This document shows, in pieces, positions 53,628-63,984 of a stretch of 64,000 bases of DNA. Origin of the DNA: Porphyridium purpureum (taxonomy: Eukaryota); NCBI GenBank assembly GCA_008690995.1, contig VRMN01000005.1:930001-994000 (forward strand). Direction: 5' to 3'. Position numbers and translations under genes: made by a program. A model generated the notes under the pieces. The model did not search any database. It saw only the letters and a list, made by a program, of their open reading frames with translations, and had not been told where the DNA came from. Positions within the stretch are counted from its first letter, which is position 1, and every line of letters starts with the position of its first letter.

Positions 53628-56600
53628 TTACCACTGTCCCGGAGCAGTGGCCAATGTCGAGAGACATGGTGTGGGCGCCAGGGAGCGGAGGCCCGAAGAG
53701 AGCCATTGCAGTCCCGCCACGGGGATGGCGGGTGCCGAATGCCGCAGAAGCACGGCCTCGGCTGCCGACCGGAAGACGGCCAAGGAAAGGGCCCGATGGA
53801 GAATCATCGAGGCTTGGCCGCGCCGCAGCTGCTTGGCCATCTGGAATGACCCCGCGAGCGAGGCCAGGAAAGGTCGGGCATCGTCGCCCAGGCGCCCAAA
53901 GATGTCCAGCACCAGCGGGCAAAACGAAGTCGGAGCCACCGCCGCAGAGTGAGCGGTGGCGCTGACTGCCGGCGGGCCCGGACGAGCCGACACGAGCGAA
54001 GTGTAGGCCGACAGCTTGGCCGCAGTCTTGATGCGAATGGCGGAGCCGGGCGTGCGCCGCGCACCTGCCTTGTCCGGCAGGACGACCGAGACGTCGACGC
54101 CGGTCGTGCCAATCAGTACGTCGTACGGCCGCCGAGCCGTGCTGGTGTCGCACACCGCGGGCTCGCGCACGGTCACCAGACCCGCCGCGTGGGCAAAGTC
54201 CCGGAGCGCTTCTGCCACGCGTTCGTGGCGCCCGTAGCGCGAGGGCCCGAACACACAAGCGAGCGCGTGCCGGCCCAGAGCGTCCAGGCGCTCGCCACAA
54301 ATGGCACCGGTCGTGGCCGAAATGGCCGGGCACCGAGTCTGCGAAGCAAACTGGGCCAAGCGCGTCGGGAGCCCGAGCATGTGGCGCACCGCTGCTTGCC
54401 ACACGTGCGGCCGCATCCGAGTCGCGTGACCTGCCAGAGGTGTAGCGCTCGGCATGCTCAGCCAAGCCAGCGCAAACGGAGCGGAAATGCCGTGCCTGCG
54501 GTGGAACTCCCACGTCGTGGTGCCTTGGTCAGAGAGCCAGTCTGTCTGCATTTTGCGGAAAAAGCGACGGCAACTCTGCGTCTGGGACGACAGGAGTGTT
54601 CCGGGAGGCGCATCGTCAGCGGCGACCGGCGCTGGGAGACAAGCCAGAGCCGCCTGGTCGCTGTGGAACCGAGCATCCCAGCGCACCAAAGTGGGTGGCA
54701 CCACATCATCGGGTACCTGGTCCAAGGCACGCGCGGCTGCACGGCTGCCTGCCGCGAACGCGAACGGAGCAACGTCGGTGAGCGCGGTCAGGCCGAGGCC
54801 CCCCATTGACAAGGGCAAGCGCCACTCGGGTCGGACGTCGGTGCCGTCGAGGCAGTCCGCCGGCGCAGTCCCGACTGTGCGTGCGACGCAGTGCCGCCAG
54901 CCTTCGTCAAAGGAAGCGAGCTCCGCACGGATCACATCGGCCGGCATGGTGCGCGTCAGGTGCGCGAGGCGGCGCGGGCCCACGCTGCCGCGGAGGAGGT
55001 GAAACGCCTCTTCGGAGCACGGCAACTCGGACACGGTGCGAGCCAGGTCGAGGACCTTGCGAGAGAGACGCGCGATGGGCGCCAGTGCACGGCCTGCACC
55101 GGTCGCGTCCAGGGGCACACCGAGAAGCTCCGCCTCGGACCACGAAGTGACGAGCAAGTCTTGCAGGCCGTCCGGCACATCGCTGCGCGTCATCGTGCCC
55201 GTCAAGATAAACTCGGTCTTTGCGCGATTGATCGCCAGGCCATGGGCCTGCGCGTCGTGCTCGAAGGCCAGAAGGAATGCAGCCAAGTGCGCTGGCGTGC
55301 CGACGACACAGCCGTCGTCCAAGTACCATACTTGGTGCACCTGCGGCGCCGAGAACTGGGCCAAGACGTTTTGCAGGACCAACGAAAACAAGAGCGGGCC
55401 AAGCGGGTCCCCTTGCTGCACGCCCCGAGCGCTGTACAGCATTTGGGTCCCGAGCCGAAGAGGAGAAGGTGTTGAGTAAGTTGACCGCACCAGCGGCCAC
55501 AACTCGGGAAAGCGCGCGTGCACCAAGCGAAGCAGCGTGTGGCGACTGACCGTGTTGAAAGCGTTCGCCAGGTCAATTTTCAGGGCCGCTACGGGCTCGG
55601 ACTGCGTTGGCTCGAGCACGGCCATGCGAGTACCCATGATGGCGGCCTCCAGGCCCGACTTGCGGCCTACGCCGAACTGCAGCGGAAGCAGGCTGTCCAC
55701 GGCAGCTTGGCCGAGGCAGCGGAGCGCAAGCTTGCCGAGCGCGCGACGAAGCACCTCACCCACCGCGATGGGTCGCACGCCGCCATCCTTCTTGCGCAAA
55801 GGAATAAGGCGGGCGTGGTTCCAGAGCGCTCCGGCCTGGCCCTCGAAGCCACGACGAACGAGCGCCTGCGACACTCGCAGCAGAGCCACTTGGACCTTGG
55901 AGCCGGCCACCTCGGTCTGAAGCGCTTGATGCAGCAGACTTGCCGACCAGCGGGACGGACCGCTCCCGCTGGTGTGGGGAATGGCGAGGATGAGCTGACG
56001 AATGTCGTCGCCCTCCCAAGGAACGTCGGCTGCGGATGTGGAGTCCTGACCAGGCCCGTGCGCGTCTTGGCGCTGTGAGCTGGTGTCGGCGGCTGACGGA
56101 TGCAGCGCGCGCAGCTTGGCAAGCACGTCATCAGTGACCTGATGAATGCCGCTGGACTCGAGAAGACGCGCGGCAGCCCCGATGTGGTGCGCGCGCATGT
56201 GCTTCTGAACCTGCTTTGCGAGCAGGTCTGGAGTCAGCGTACCCGTTGGCAAAGCAGCGTCTACCGGGACGGCCGAAACAAGCTCAGTGATGCTGTCCGC
56301 GCGCCACTTGTGGAGTCGGTCCACCAAGAAGGCCGCTCGTGCGCGGGACGGCTGTCGCCCGGGCGGCAGGCACAGAACCAATGTCGGGAACGTCCACAGC
56401 CGGCTCAGAGCGCGCACTTGCTCCAGTTCCGACGGCGCCCGCGCCAAGTCCTCCAGCATGGCTGCGAGCTCGAGCGCCACCGTGGCACTGAGCCGCTGCG
56501 GCACCCGCTTCCATGTTCTGACCTGCATTGCCAAAACCGCATCGACAAAACGGACGAGTGTATGGATGGAGGCGGCACCGAAAAACTCCGAGGGAGAGTT

Positions 56601-57599
56601 GCGGAGTTGCGCAAACACGTCGTCGAGCCCAGTCAGGTCATCTGCTGCGCGGTTGCGCCGGACAGCCAGCGTCTGGGCATGGGTGAGGCCCGAGCCACAA
56701 AGCACTGGGTCCAGGCATCGCGAGATGGCATGCGGGTGGTTCAGCGAGTTGACCTCGCAAATCTTGCCGCACGCTCGCTGGCCAACGCCCAGCGTGCGCA
56801 GAACCGCGGGCGGGACGGCGCGGACCTGCGCTGCAGAGTGGCGCGAGAAGTGGCGCACCTGCGAGGACCGAAGGTCGAGGCGAGTGTCACAGACTGGGCA
56901 CTTGGGCTTCGCGGTCGTACATGGTCCGCACTGACATGCCGAGTCAGCCTGGGTTCGTGGCACCGCCAGCCCGCATTTGTTTCTGCGCAGTTCCAGCGCG
57001 CCCCACACGTCCGCCGGTGGCATGATCGTGGGATGCTCGCGCCCCCAGTGGCGGCCGACGTGGGCCATGGAGCTGCTCGCAAACGGGCAACGCGGCTCCG
57101 GGCACGGATATTGCGGTGTCCGGGGCCGTGCTAGGCCGCCGCGACTCTGCGGCCGCTGTCCGTGGTCATCTGATGGCTGGCCTGCTCGCTCACGCTGGGG
57201 CAGCCAGTCATCCCCAGAGTCGGAGGTCGAGTAGGAGCTGTCGGTGGGCGACTCTGTATCGCCCAGGATCGGTGCACGGGAAAGCGTCGGACGCCGTCGC
57301 CGGAGTCCCGGCGCCATGATGGTTTCATTGCCCGTGCTCGGAGCGGGCCGACTTGGCGCGTCATTGGACGCGGAGGATGTCCGTTCGGCGCCAGTCTCGC
57401 GCACAGAAGTCAGACTGCCCCGTTGTCGGAGTGAGACTGCGGCATGCTCGGTGCGTACACCGACGTCCCCGCCGGCATCTGGAGTGTCCCAGGCCGCCCA
57501 GTCAGAGTCCGACTCGGACCCTGCCCGACCGGCTGCTTGCCGGTTCGGGGCATCCCCGAGAGTGGGTACAAACGTATCCTTACTCATCATGGTATTCAT
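53628..57599 (-). CDS. Retrotransposon ORF2: C2H2 fingers, reverse transcriptase, CCHC finger, REL endonuclease
   Basis: CPEPRC..H...H and CPVC..H..H; LIPLRKKDGGVRPIAVGEVLRR; DLANAFN; GVQQGDPLGPLLF; WYLDDG (55311-55328); LPLSMGGLG; C..CGERLDALGRHALAC...RHERV; RRPYD...VDVSVV...K; PLVLDIFG. Confidence 0.95.
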   Translation of the reverse strand: MNTMMSKDTFVPTLGDAPNRQAAGRAGSESDSDWAAWDTPDAGGDVGVRTEHAAVSLRQRGSLTSVRETGAERTSSASNDAPSRPAPSTGNETIMAPGLRRRRPTLSRAPILGDTESPTDSSYSTSDSGDDWLPQRERAGQPSDDHGQRPQSRGGLARPRTPQYPCPEPRCPFASSSMAHVGRHWGREHPTIMPPADVWGALELRRNKCGLAVPRTQADSACQCGPCTTAKPKCPVCDTRLDLRSSQVRHFSRHSAAQVRAVPPAVLRTLGVGQRACGKICEVNSLNHPHAISRCLDPVLCGSGLTHAQTLAVRRNRAADDLTGLDDVFAQLRNSPSEFFGAASIHTLVRFVDAVLAMQVRTWKRVPQRLSATVALELAAMLEDLARAPSELEQVRALSRLWTFPTLVLCLPPGRQPSRARAAFLVDRLHKWRADSITELVSAVPVDAALPTGTLTPDLLAKQVQKHMRAHHIGAAARLLESSGIHQVTDDVLAKLRALHPSAADTSSQRQDAHGPGQDSTSAADVPWEGDDIRQLILAIPHTSGSGPSRWSASLLHQALQTEVAGSKVQVALLRVSQALVRRGFEGQAGALWNHARLIPLRKKDGGVRPIAVGEVLRRALGKLALRCLGQAAVDSLLPLQFGVGRKSGLEAAIMGTRMAVLEPTQSEPVAALKIDLANAFNTVSRHTLLRLVHARFPELWPLVRSTYSTPSPLRLGTQMLYSARGVQQGDPLGPLLFSLVLQNVLAQFSAPQVHQVWYLDDGCVVGTPAHLAAFLLAFEHDAQAHGLAINRAKTEFILTGTMTRSDVPDGLQDLLVTSWSEAELLGVPLDATGAGRALAPIARLSRKVLDLARTVSELPCSEEAFHLLRGSVGPRRLAHLTRTMPADVIRAELASFDEGWRHCVARTVGTAPADCLDGTDVRPEWRLPLSMGGLGLTALTDVAPFAFAAGSRAAARALDQVPDDVVPPTLVRWDARFHSDQAALACLPAPVAADDAPPGTLLSSQTQSCRRFFRKMQTDWLSDQGTTTWEFHRRHGISAPFALAWLSMPSATPLAGHATRMRPHVWQAAVRHMLGLPTRLAQFASQTRCPAISATTGAICGERLDALGRHALACVFGPSRYGRHERVAEALRDFAHAAGLVTVREPAVCDTSTARRPYDVLIGTTGVDVSVVLPDKAGARRTPGSAIRIKTAAKLSAYTSLVSARPGPPAVSATAHSAAVAPTSFCPLVLDIFGRLGDDARPFLASLAGSFQMAKQLRRGQASMILHRALSLAVFRSAAEAVLLRHSAPAIPVAGLQWLSSGLRSLAPTPCLSTLATAPGQW

Positions 57600-59703
57600 G
57601 AGCCCCGGAGGGCTGTGCAGATGACGGCGACTGGCTCGTGCGCGCTGGCGCCGTGGCCTGGATGAATGCGCCCCAAATGGCGTCATCCACACGGGGGCAG
57701 CCCGCACTGACCCCCTCGCACCGACTGCGGTGCATGCTGAGGGCCTTGCTGGACGTGCCCAGCTTGAACACGCGACCGCACGGGTACGCCCCGATGCCCG
57801 CCTGCGCCAGGCGCGCGCGATCAAGAAATGCGCCCGCAGCCGCGTGGGCGTCATTCATGTGCGCAACAAGTGCCTCGGTGGTGGCGTGCACGGTGTGGCT
57901 GCTCGTGCCTGCTGCACAATCCGCAGCGGGACAGCGAAGAGCCTGGTCTGTGCGTGTCGGGTCACCAACAAACGCGTCAGGAGCATCCGAGTGTGCTGCT
58001 CCAGGCAAGCTGGCCAAGCTCCCTGCCGGTGCGGTGCCGCTGTAGTCGGCCACCAGCCGCGCGTCTGGATGCGGCGGAGCTTCGGCTGCAAGCGCGGCCT
58101 GCGGGGCGTCGACGTCGGGCCCGACCTGCCCGTCTGGTCCAGGTGGTGTCTGCTGCTGCGAATCCGTACCCGCCGCTGGCTGCACGAAAAGCGCGCGAGA
58201 CGCCCGGGGTGTCCCGTCACGGAGAGCCCCCGAAGGTCGCTTCGGGTTGTGCTCCGGGGAGCTTTTCTCTGGTGCACCGTGCTTTGCTGCCGGTGAGCGC
58301 TCTGGCGTGCGCACCACTGCGCAAGGTCCTGCGACGAACTGTGAGGCCGGTCCCGGAGGACTGTCAGGACAGAGCGGCATAGACGAGTCCGAGCAGAATG
58401 CGACGGAGCTGGTCGAGCTCTCCTCGTCGGAGTGACCCGACGTGGTCGCCGCTGGGCTTTCATTGTCACCCATATCCACCGGCAGTCCGCATGCCTCACG
58501 GTCGGTCATAGTACTCGCGGTGCCTGGTGATACCGGCGGTGGTTCAGCCACACTCGCCCCAGGCTGAAGGGGCACGTGTGTTTCTGGCACCAACTCGGCT
58601 GGACGTGCGGCGCTACCCGACGTGGTGGCGCGAACCTTTGCAGCTGGTGGCCCAGGCGTCGTGCGCTCCAGGGTCTTGCGCAGGCGGTGGAGAAGTCCCA
58701 GCACAGCCTGCTTGCTCTTGAAAGAGCGGGCGTCCAGCGCACCCACGCGGTCCGTGTGCGTATGGGCGTCACGTACGAGAGCCGTGCGGGCCTTCTCCGA
58801 CAGACTCTGGCCCCAGCGGGCCACGTCTACGCCAAGGCGCTGCATAAGCGCGGCCGTGCGGGTTGTCCCGTTCCAGAACGGGATGGTGTTCACATGTACT
58901 GCCCTCACTCTCGGCAGCATGTCCACCAGCACCTCGGCGTACCCGACCGGCACCAGCACCAGGAAGGATGGAGACGGCGCGCCCGGCAACGACAGGACCT
59001 CCACTGGAAGTTTGCCCTCCACCTGCCGGCGCGGAGAGCTCGAAGCCACCAGCGCCCGGATGCCTTTGCGCACGGAGCGCGGCTCTGCCGAGGTGTGGCA
59101 GCTTGTCAGGACAATCCACTCGAACGACTGCATCCCCAGTGCAGTCTGGGTCCATCCAGCGCCGTCACGGCTGCCAGACGCAGCCTTGAGGTTGCTGGCC
59201 CGCGGGGTTTGTGCAAGCGCTGCTACAGGTGCCCGGCCTGTGAGTGTGCGGCCCATGTGCCCATCACCCTGGCCGGTCGCAGGGACTGGCCCCGCTTGAG
59301 CGACTCGTGCCGCCCACGACAATGAGCCCGATGGCACTGAGACGGAGGGAAGCGCTGCGGGGATGCCGCCAGCCGCGCGTGCCACACTGCCGATCTCCAC
59401 TGCAGCGGCATCGGTGCACCCAAGAAATGGCGGCGCCACAGTCTTCGCGTCGTGCGGGCGCGCGGGGCCCCACGAACGCATCAGCTCGTCTGCTCGAGCG
59501 CGGGCAAGACCCAGGATCCCTTGCACCATGAAGTCGTCGCCGGACGCCCGGGCCAGCGACCTCACCTCCGCGTCGGCCGCCTCCAAGTCACGGAGCAGCG
59601 CCTTGACGCGCACCAAAACCGCCACCGTCGGATCGGCGTCCGCGACCACCTCGATCGCCACGCCGGTGTTCCGACCCAAACCATCGCCTGCTGGGTCCCC
59701 CAT
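57580..59703 (-). CDS. Retrotransposon ORF1 (Ala/Pro-rich, C-terminal C2H2-like fingers)
   Basis: ORF of over 700 aa directly upstream of, and overlapping, ORF2. It contains CPAADC...HMNDAH and PCG...MHRSRC. The first ATG is at 59703. Confidence 0.75.
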   Translation of the reverse strand: MGDPAGDGLGRNTGVAIEVVADADPTVAVLVRVKALLRDLEAADAEVRSLARASGDDFMVQGILGLARARADELMRSWGPARPHDAKTVAPPFLGCTDAAAVEIGSVARAAGGIPAALPSVSVPSGSLSWAARVAQAGPVPATGQGDGHMGRTLTGRAPVAALAQTPRASNLKAASGSRDGAGWTQTALGMQSFEWIVLTSCHTSAEPRSVRKGIRALVASSSPRRQVEGKLPVEVLSLPGAPSPSFLVLVPVGYAEVLVDMLPRVRAVHVNTIPFWNGTTRTAALMQRLGVDVARWGQSLSEKARTALVRDAHTHTDRVGALDARSFKSKQAVLGLLHRLRKTLERTTPGPPAAKVRATTSGSAARPAELVPETHVPLQPGASVAEPPPVSPGTASTMTDREACGLPVDMGDNESPAATTSGHSDEESSTSSVAFCSDSSMPLCPDSPPGPASQFVAGPCAVVRTPERSPAAKHGAPEKSSPEHNPKRPSGALRDGTPRASRALFVQPAAGTDSQQQTPPGPDGQVGPDVDAPQAALAAEAPPHPDARLVADYSGTAPAGSLASLPGAAHSDAPDAFVGDPTRTDQALRCPAADCAAGTSSHTVHATTEALVAHMNDAHAAAGAFLDRARLAQAGIGAYPCGRVFKLGTSSKALSMHRSRCEGVSAGCPRVDDAIWGAFIQATAPARTSQSPSSAQPSGAHEYHDE

Positions 59704-59954
59704 CGCTGCAAACACCGCGCCGCCGAGTCGCGCGTCCACCCCTGCATGGATCGCGGCGGCTCGCGCGCCCGGCTCCGATTCGCCTAATAGCAATTCGCGT
59801 TAGGGTTTCCTTTTCCTAGTGTAGCTCATTAATGGAAAGTGCATTGCCCAGTGTTTTCACAGGCAAATGTGGAGCCAGAGAAGAGCTACCCGCAGACATT
59901 TTCGCCTTTCTCAAACGCCTCCTACTTCGAGCCAGTCCTTCGATTTAATGGTTT

Positions 59955-60304
59955 TGAGGGGTAGTCACTATCTGCTATATTAGTGGTTTTCAAATGCTAC
60001 GGGGTGGTCACCATCTGCTACAAAAATTGCATTGAAATGCTTATGCAAAACTCAGTACAAATTTAGCTTTTTTCAGAAGGAAATTTCGTGGTAAAATCGT
60101 CTTGTTTGAGGGGGTAGTCACCAAACGTAAGGGGGTAGTCACCGTGTGAAAGCGTATGAAAGTATCTCATTTTCATAGAGACGTGTTGTATCTAAATGAT
60201 TGTTTCCTGAGGGGGTAGTCACCATATGCAAGTGTATAAAAATGCTCCAGTTACTTATACACATTCTGTACTTAAATGGCATCAATCTGAGGGGGTGGTC
60301 ACCA
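59955..60304 (+). repeat. Six direct copies of GGGG(G)TRGTCAC(C/T) in AT-rich DNA, partly as a diverged 80-bp tandem unit
   Basis: Copies start at 59958, 60001, 60110, 60131, 60211 and 60291. Confidence 0.92.
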
Positions 60305-60783
60305 AAAGGAAGCGTGTCTTTAGTTAAACAGGCGGCAACTACATGAGCGCATGGATTTTACCAGTGAAATCTAGCTTTCCAAAGTCAAATCATACAGCGA
60401 GGCCACTTTGCCACGAAAACTCGCCATGGCAAGCGCATATGCGGAACCCCCATGTTTACGATTTTTCCTGGTCAAAATGAGCGTTTTGGTACAGAAGCCT
60501 CTGGTTTCTATGTGGGGGAATTATTTTAGTAAGAGTAATTATCGTACTAAAACGATCGCATTTGACGGGTCGATGTTCATTTCAATGTCATCCCTACAGT
60601 GTTCGTGGGCAAGCCTTTAGCCGTGGAGTGTGAGCGAGGGTGGTCGTCGGGGTCGAGGCGGTCGAGGAGTGGTCTAGAGAAGTTTGAGGACGGGGCGGCG
60701 GGTTGTGGGCAATGGGCAGCAGCGTACCACAGTGTTTTTACTCATGAGGCAATCACACATGCAGAGTGGAGCTAGTGTCGGTT

Positions 60784-63700
60784 TTATATTTTCTGAAGGC
60801 TCCATTCATTCGCCATGAGCTTTGTCGCTCGCTTGTACAACTCGAAGCCTTCCCAGCTCACGAGTTCGCACAGCTTGTGTGTGTAGAAGATGGTCAACTC
60901 TTCTGCTCCACCAGATCCGAGAGTGCCCATCAAGGAGAAAGCTTTCCGATACACGGCTTCCATTCTGTGCTTTAAGGCGCTCGGAGCCTTTTCGCATTTC
61001 TTTTCGCACACTTCGGTGGGGGCCAGACAACGGAAACACATGCCTAAGTTTGGCGCGAGTCTTGGTCTGATGATATTTCCGGCCGACCGTTTGCTGCAGG
61101 AGACGTGGGCCGCTGCAGATGACCGTGAGTATCGAAACCCACAGTATGGGCAGGTGTTGGGAAACCTGTTCGGATTCTGGCATGTGCCAAGACATGTGAC
61201 ACCACTGCACCAGATGCATTTGTACATTGCAGTATTCCATGTCGCTCTTGCTTGTCTGATCGTCTGTAATTGCTCGCCCAGCGCGCGCGCTGGTGCAGAG
61301 CTAGCCAGTGGCGTCGCCTCGTGCTGCTGCGAGCTGGCCTGCGCGAGCAAGTGCAAAGTTGGTTGCTCCGGCACGTGCGAAGTGGGCTGCGCCATCACGT
61401 GCGAGCTTGGCGCTGCGACCGTGTGCGAGCTTGGCTGGGCCAGCATGTACGACGTCGGTTGCGCTATCATGCCCGAACTTGGTTCTGCAACCACGTGCGT
61501 ACTTGGCCGCACCATCTCGTGCAAGCTTGGCTGCGGCACCGTCACTGGGTTGGCTGTCTGAGTCACCATGGAGCGAGTGGTTAAAAGGTTGAGCACGCTG
61601 TGAACTTCGTGAGAGGATAAGTCAAGTGCACTCTCAACGAAGCGCCGTAGACCGGCTTTACTATGCCAAGGGTCGCGCTCAAAACCTGGAACCTGGCGAA
61701 TGCTCGGGCTGTCACGCTGGTCCAATGCGTTCTGGAAATTTCTGTCGAAGAAAAATTCGCAGTGGGCGTGCTCACCGTCGCGACCAACTCTGCCCCATGC
61801 TTGGACCACTTGGCTGAGCGAATGTGCTCCGCGCATCACGGCGCAGTACAAAACAGATTTGCAATTCAGAGATGAGCTCGCAGCGGATGTGCCAACGATT
61901 ACCCGCGCTTGCTGCAATGCCTCAGCGTCGAGAGCTTCACGTGCTGTCAGTTTGTAACATGCATCTGAGTAAGACTTTCTCATTTCGTCAAACCATGTGT
62001 CGGCTTCTGCATGAGTAGCACACATTATCAGTGCACGCCCACGACGAGCAAGCGCATTTTCCTGGATGGCGGCCGTAATCTGTTGAGTGCAGATTGCGCT
62101 CGTGCCAAACTCTGTCACGCTGATGTTCAATGATTCTCGAAGTGGTCGTGCACGCAAAAAGGAGTCGATGTTCACACCAAACTCTTTGGCAACGAACGCA
62201 GCAGCATCTTCACTTATCGTCGCACTGAGAAATACAAAGCAGGATTTCGTCAAAAGCGACGCGCTCAGCTTGACGGACATTGACTCGCGGAACGAGTTAT
62301 GTTCTAGTACGACGTGACTCTCGTCCACGACAACGAGTGCGATGCGTTCTGCAATGCGTCTAAGAGCTGCACGTTGTGATGCAAGTGCATCCATGCTGGT
62401 GACGACGAGGCCGCCATGCGAACGCTCGGTACATGAGTACAAGTCAACGGCTTCAATCCTTCTACTTCTTGCCTCCTGCAATGCAGCAAACATGGAAACG
62501 CGAAGCGGTACCAAAAGCAGAACAAAGGCACCTTGCAAGCGAACGACTTTCTCCATGCACAAGTATGATGCTGACTTACCACTTCCGCAAGGATACTGTA
62601 CGCAAACGTTCTTGTCCATCAGAATTTCGTTCAGCATTTCAAGCTGCTTCCTTGCTTGCGGGCTGGCGACGGAAGCGCTACCATATACATCACGGAGCAA
62701 TGTGTCTGGCGTCAAACCCGCCAGTGCGGCCCATTCTCCGAGCGAACGCTCTCTCGGATGCACGGAGCCCATCCGTGACGAAGCGTGAGTTTCCGCGCCA
62801 ATCAGTGCAAGCCATGCGTCGCGACATTCCACTGTGAATGCAAACCAGTCTTCGTCTTTTACTGAAGCCAGGTAGAATGCGGCGTCTGTCGCAAGCGAGT
62901 GACCTGCGCCGCGGATCTTGTACTTTTGCGCAGGTGTGTCTACGGGCTGTATCCCTTGCGGGGCGGCAATTCCTCGGAAAGCGTCAGCGTTGTCTCGTAC
63001 GCAATGCAAGTAAAGATTGCGCAAGTCCCGTAAGGTCATGGGCACGGCGCAGAACTGCCCAACAGCACATTCTACTTGTGCAATCCACTCCTCCGGATTA
63101 AGTGCTGCACAAGTCGTTCTGCTGGCGCAGGCCCCAAAGTTTCGAAAGTCAATGCTCTCAGGTACATTTTGCCCCTGATTTTGCTGGCCAAGTATCTCGT
63201 CAATATATGCACTCGCAATCCAATGCATGATAAGCAGCACTTCTGCGACTTCCTCAGTTGGAAGATGCTCAACAGTTTCAGTTGCAAGCGCGCGACCCAA
63301 TTTCTTCTCAACAACCTCGACAACTCTCACTACACGAGTATTTAAAACAGGTCTAAGTGAATTTCCAACACTTCGGCTAGCGAGAACAAAAGTTTCCATA
63401 CTTGACTTTCGCGGCGGGGCACACGCGGCAGAGAACGCAAGTAATGCAAAATTGCTCAGTGCGTTGAAATCGATGTTCTGGCGTCTGGCGCTCGCGAGCA
63501 GTTCCGCAGGCTGAGCTGCATGTCGTTCACTGCCATCGAGTATAATTTCACCGAGCATTGGCGCCGTTGTATTATGCTGCGACAATACCCGGACCGAAAA
63601 GTTATCGCGCGCTCCAAGAACTCGGGCAACCAAAGCTCGAGCGGCCGCTCTGGAGCCATTGTACAAATTACCAAAGACCTTTGCTTGCACCAGCACTTCC

Positions 63701-63984
63701 GTCTTTAAGTGCATCCAGGAACCATTGCCCATAGCTTTCCATGCCACGTACGTGGATGGCTCTTGCGCGCTTCTGAAGACGGAGTGCATCATGTACAGTA
63801 CTTGCACACAGGGAACGTCGGAAAGAATCGTGTCGTTTGAGGTTTGTATTTCCCGGTCTTTCTCTTTCACAATTAGCCTCACAACCCACGCAGCTCTCAA
63901 AACCCAGAGCTGCGTGGCTGACAACTCACTTATCGTTAAGGCACTGCGACTGGTCAAACACGTGCCGGACTGCGATCCAGACAT
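60784..63984 (-). CDS. RecQ-like SF2 helicase with N-terminal tyrosine-recombinase-like domain and C-terminal Cys-rich tail (telomere-linked-helicase-like); frame is open to the window edge
   Basis: Helicase motifs I YPCGSGKS, Ia LLLVPL, II VVDESH, III FLSAT, V VGTSAASSSLN and VI QAWGRVGRDG. Upstream: PPRKSS, LRDLRNL, AGHSLATDAAFY. No in-frame stop between 63984 and 64000. Confidence 0.85.
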   Translation of the reverse strand: MSGSQSGTCLTSRSALTISELSATQLWVLRAAWVVRLIVKEKDREIQTSNDTILSDVPCVQVLYMMHSVFRSAQEPSTYVAWKAMGNGSWMHLKTEVLVQAKVFGNLYNGSRAAARALVARVLGARDNFSVRVLSQHNTTAPMLGEIILDGSERHAAQPAELLASARRQNIDFNALSNFALLAFSAACAPPRKSSMETFVLASRSVGNSLRPVLNTRVVRVVEVVEKKLGRALATETVEHLPTEEVAEVLLIMHWIASAYIDEILGQQNQGQNVPESIDFRNFGACASRTTCAALNPEEWIAQVECAVGQFCAVPMTLRDLRNLYLHCVRDNADAFRGIAAPQGIQPVDTPAQKYKIRGAGHSLATDAAFYLASVKDEDWFAFTVECRDAWLALIGAETHASSRMGSVHPRERSLGEWAALAGLTPDTLLRDVYGSASVASPQARKQLEMLNEILMDKNVCVQYPCGSGKSASYLCMEKVVRLQGAFVLLLVPLRVSMFAALQEARSRRIEAVDLYSCTERSHGGLVVTSMDALASQRAALRRIAERIALVVVDESHVVLEHNSFRESMSVKLSASLLTKSCFVFLSATISEDAAAFVAKEFGVNIDSFLRARPLRESLNISVTEFGTSAICTQQITAAIQENALARRGRALIMCATHAEADTWFDEMRKSYSDACYKLTAREALDAEALQQARVIVGTSAASSSLNCKSVLYCAVMRGAHSLSQVVQAWGRVGRDGEHAHCEFFFDRNFQNALDQRDSPSIRQVPGFERDPWHSKAGLRRFVESALDLSSHEVHSVLNLLTTRSMVTQTANPVTVPQPSLHEMVRPSTHVVAEPSSGMIAQPTSYMLAQPSSHTVAAPSSHVMAQPTSHVPEQPTLHLLAQASSQQHEATPLASSAPARALGEQLQTIRQARATWNTAMYKCIWCSGVTCLGTCQNPNRFPNTCPYCGFRYSRSSAAAHVSCSKRSAGNIIRPRLAPNLGMCFRCLAPTEVCEKKCEKAPSALKHRMEAVYRKAFSLMGTLGSGGAEELTIFYTHKLCELVSWEGFELYKRATKLMANEWSLQKI
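61330..61540 (-). repeat. Coding 24-bp (8-aa) degenerate tandem repeat P-S/T-x-H-x-x-A-Q, about 8 copies, inside the helicase ORF
   Basis: PSLHEMVR PSTHVVAE PSSGMIAQ PTSYMLAQ PSSHTVAA PSSHVMAQ PTSHVPEQ PTLHLLAQ. Confidence 0.85.

Larger units (their letters stand above)
52765..59810 (-). mobile_element. CRE-clade-like (RT + restriction-like endonuclease) non-LTR retrotransposon with two ORFs; includes an ~800-bp structured 3' unit (52765-53573)
   Basis: ORF1 and ORF2 are both intact. Boundaries are inferred from the GGGTTACTCT motifs (52765, 52776, 53563) and TTAGGGTTT (59800); the exact termini are uncertain. Confidence 0.85.

Noticed and set aside
59955..60304. CRISPR array
   Set aside because: The repeats are only ~13 bp, spacing is irregular, two intervals are homologous to each other, no cas genes are present, and the context is eukaryotic.
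60784..63984. Helitron or AcademH transposase-helicase
   Set aside because: The helicase is SF2 rather than PIF1, there is no HUH Rep motif, and no Academ transposase is visible. Sequence beyond the window edge cannot be assessed.
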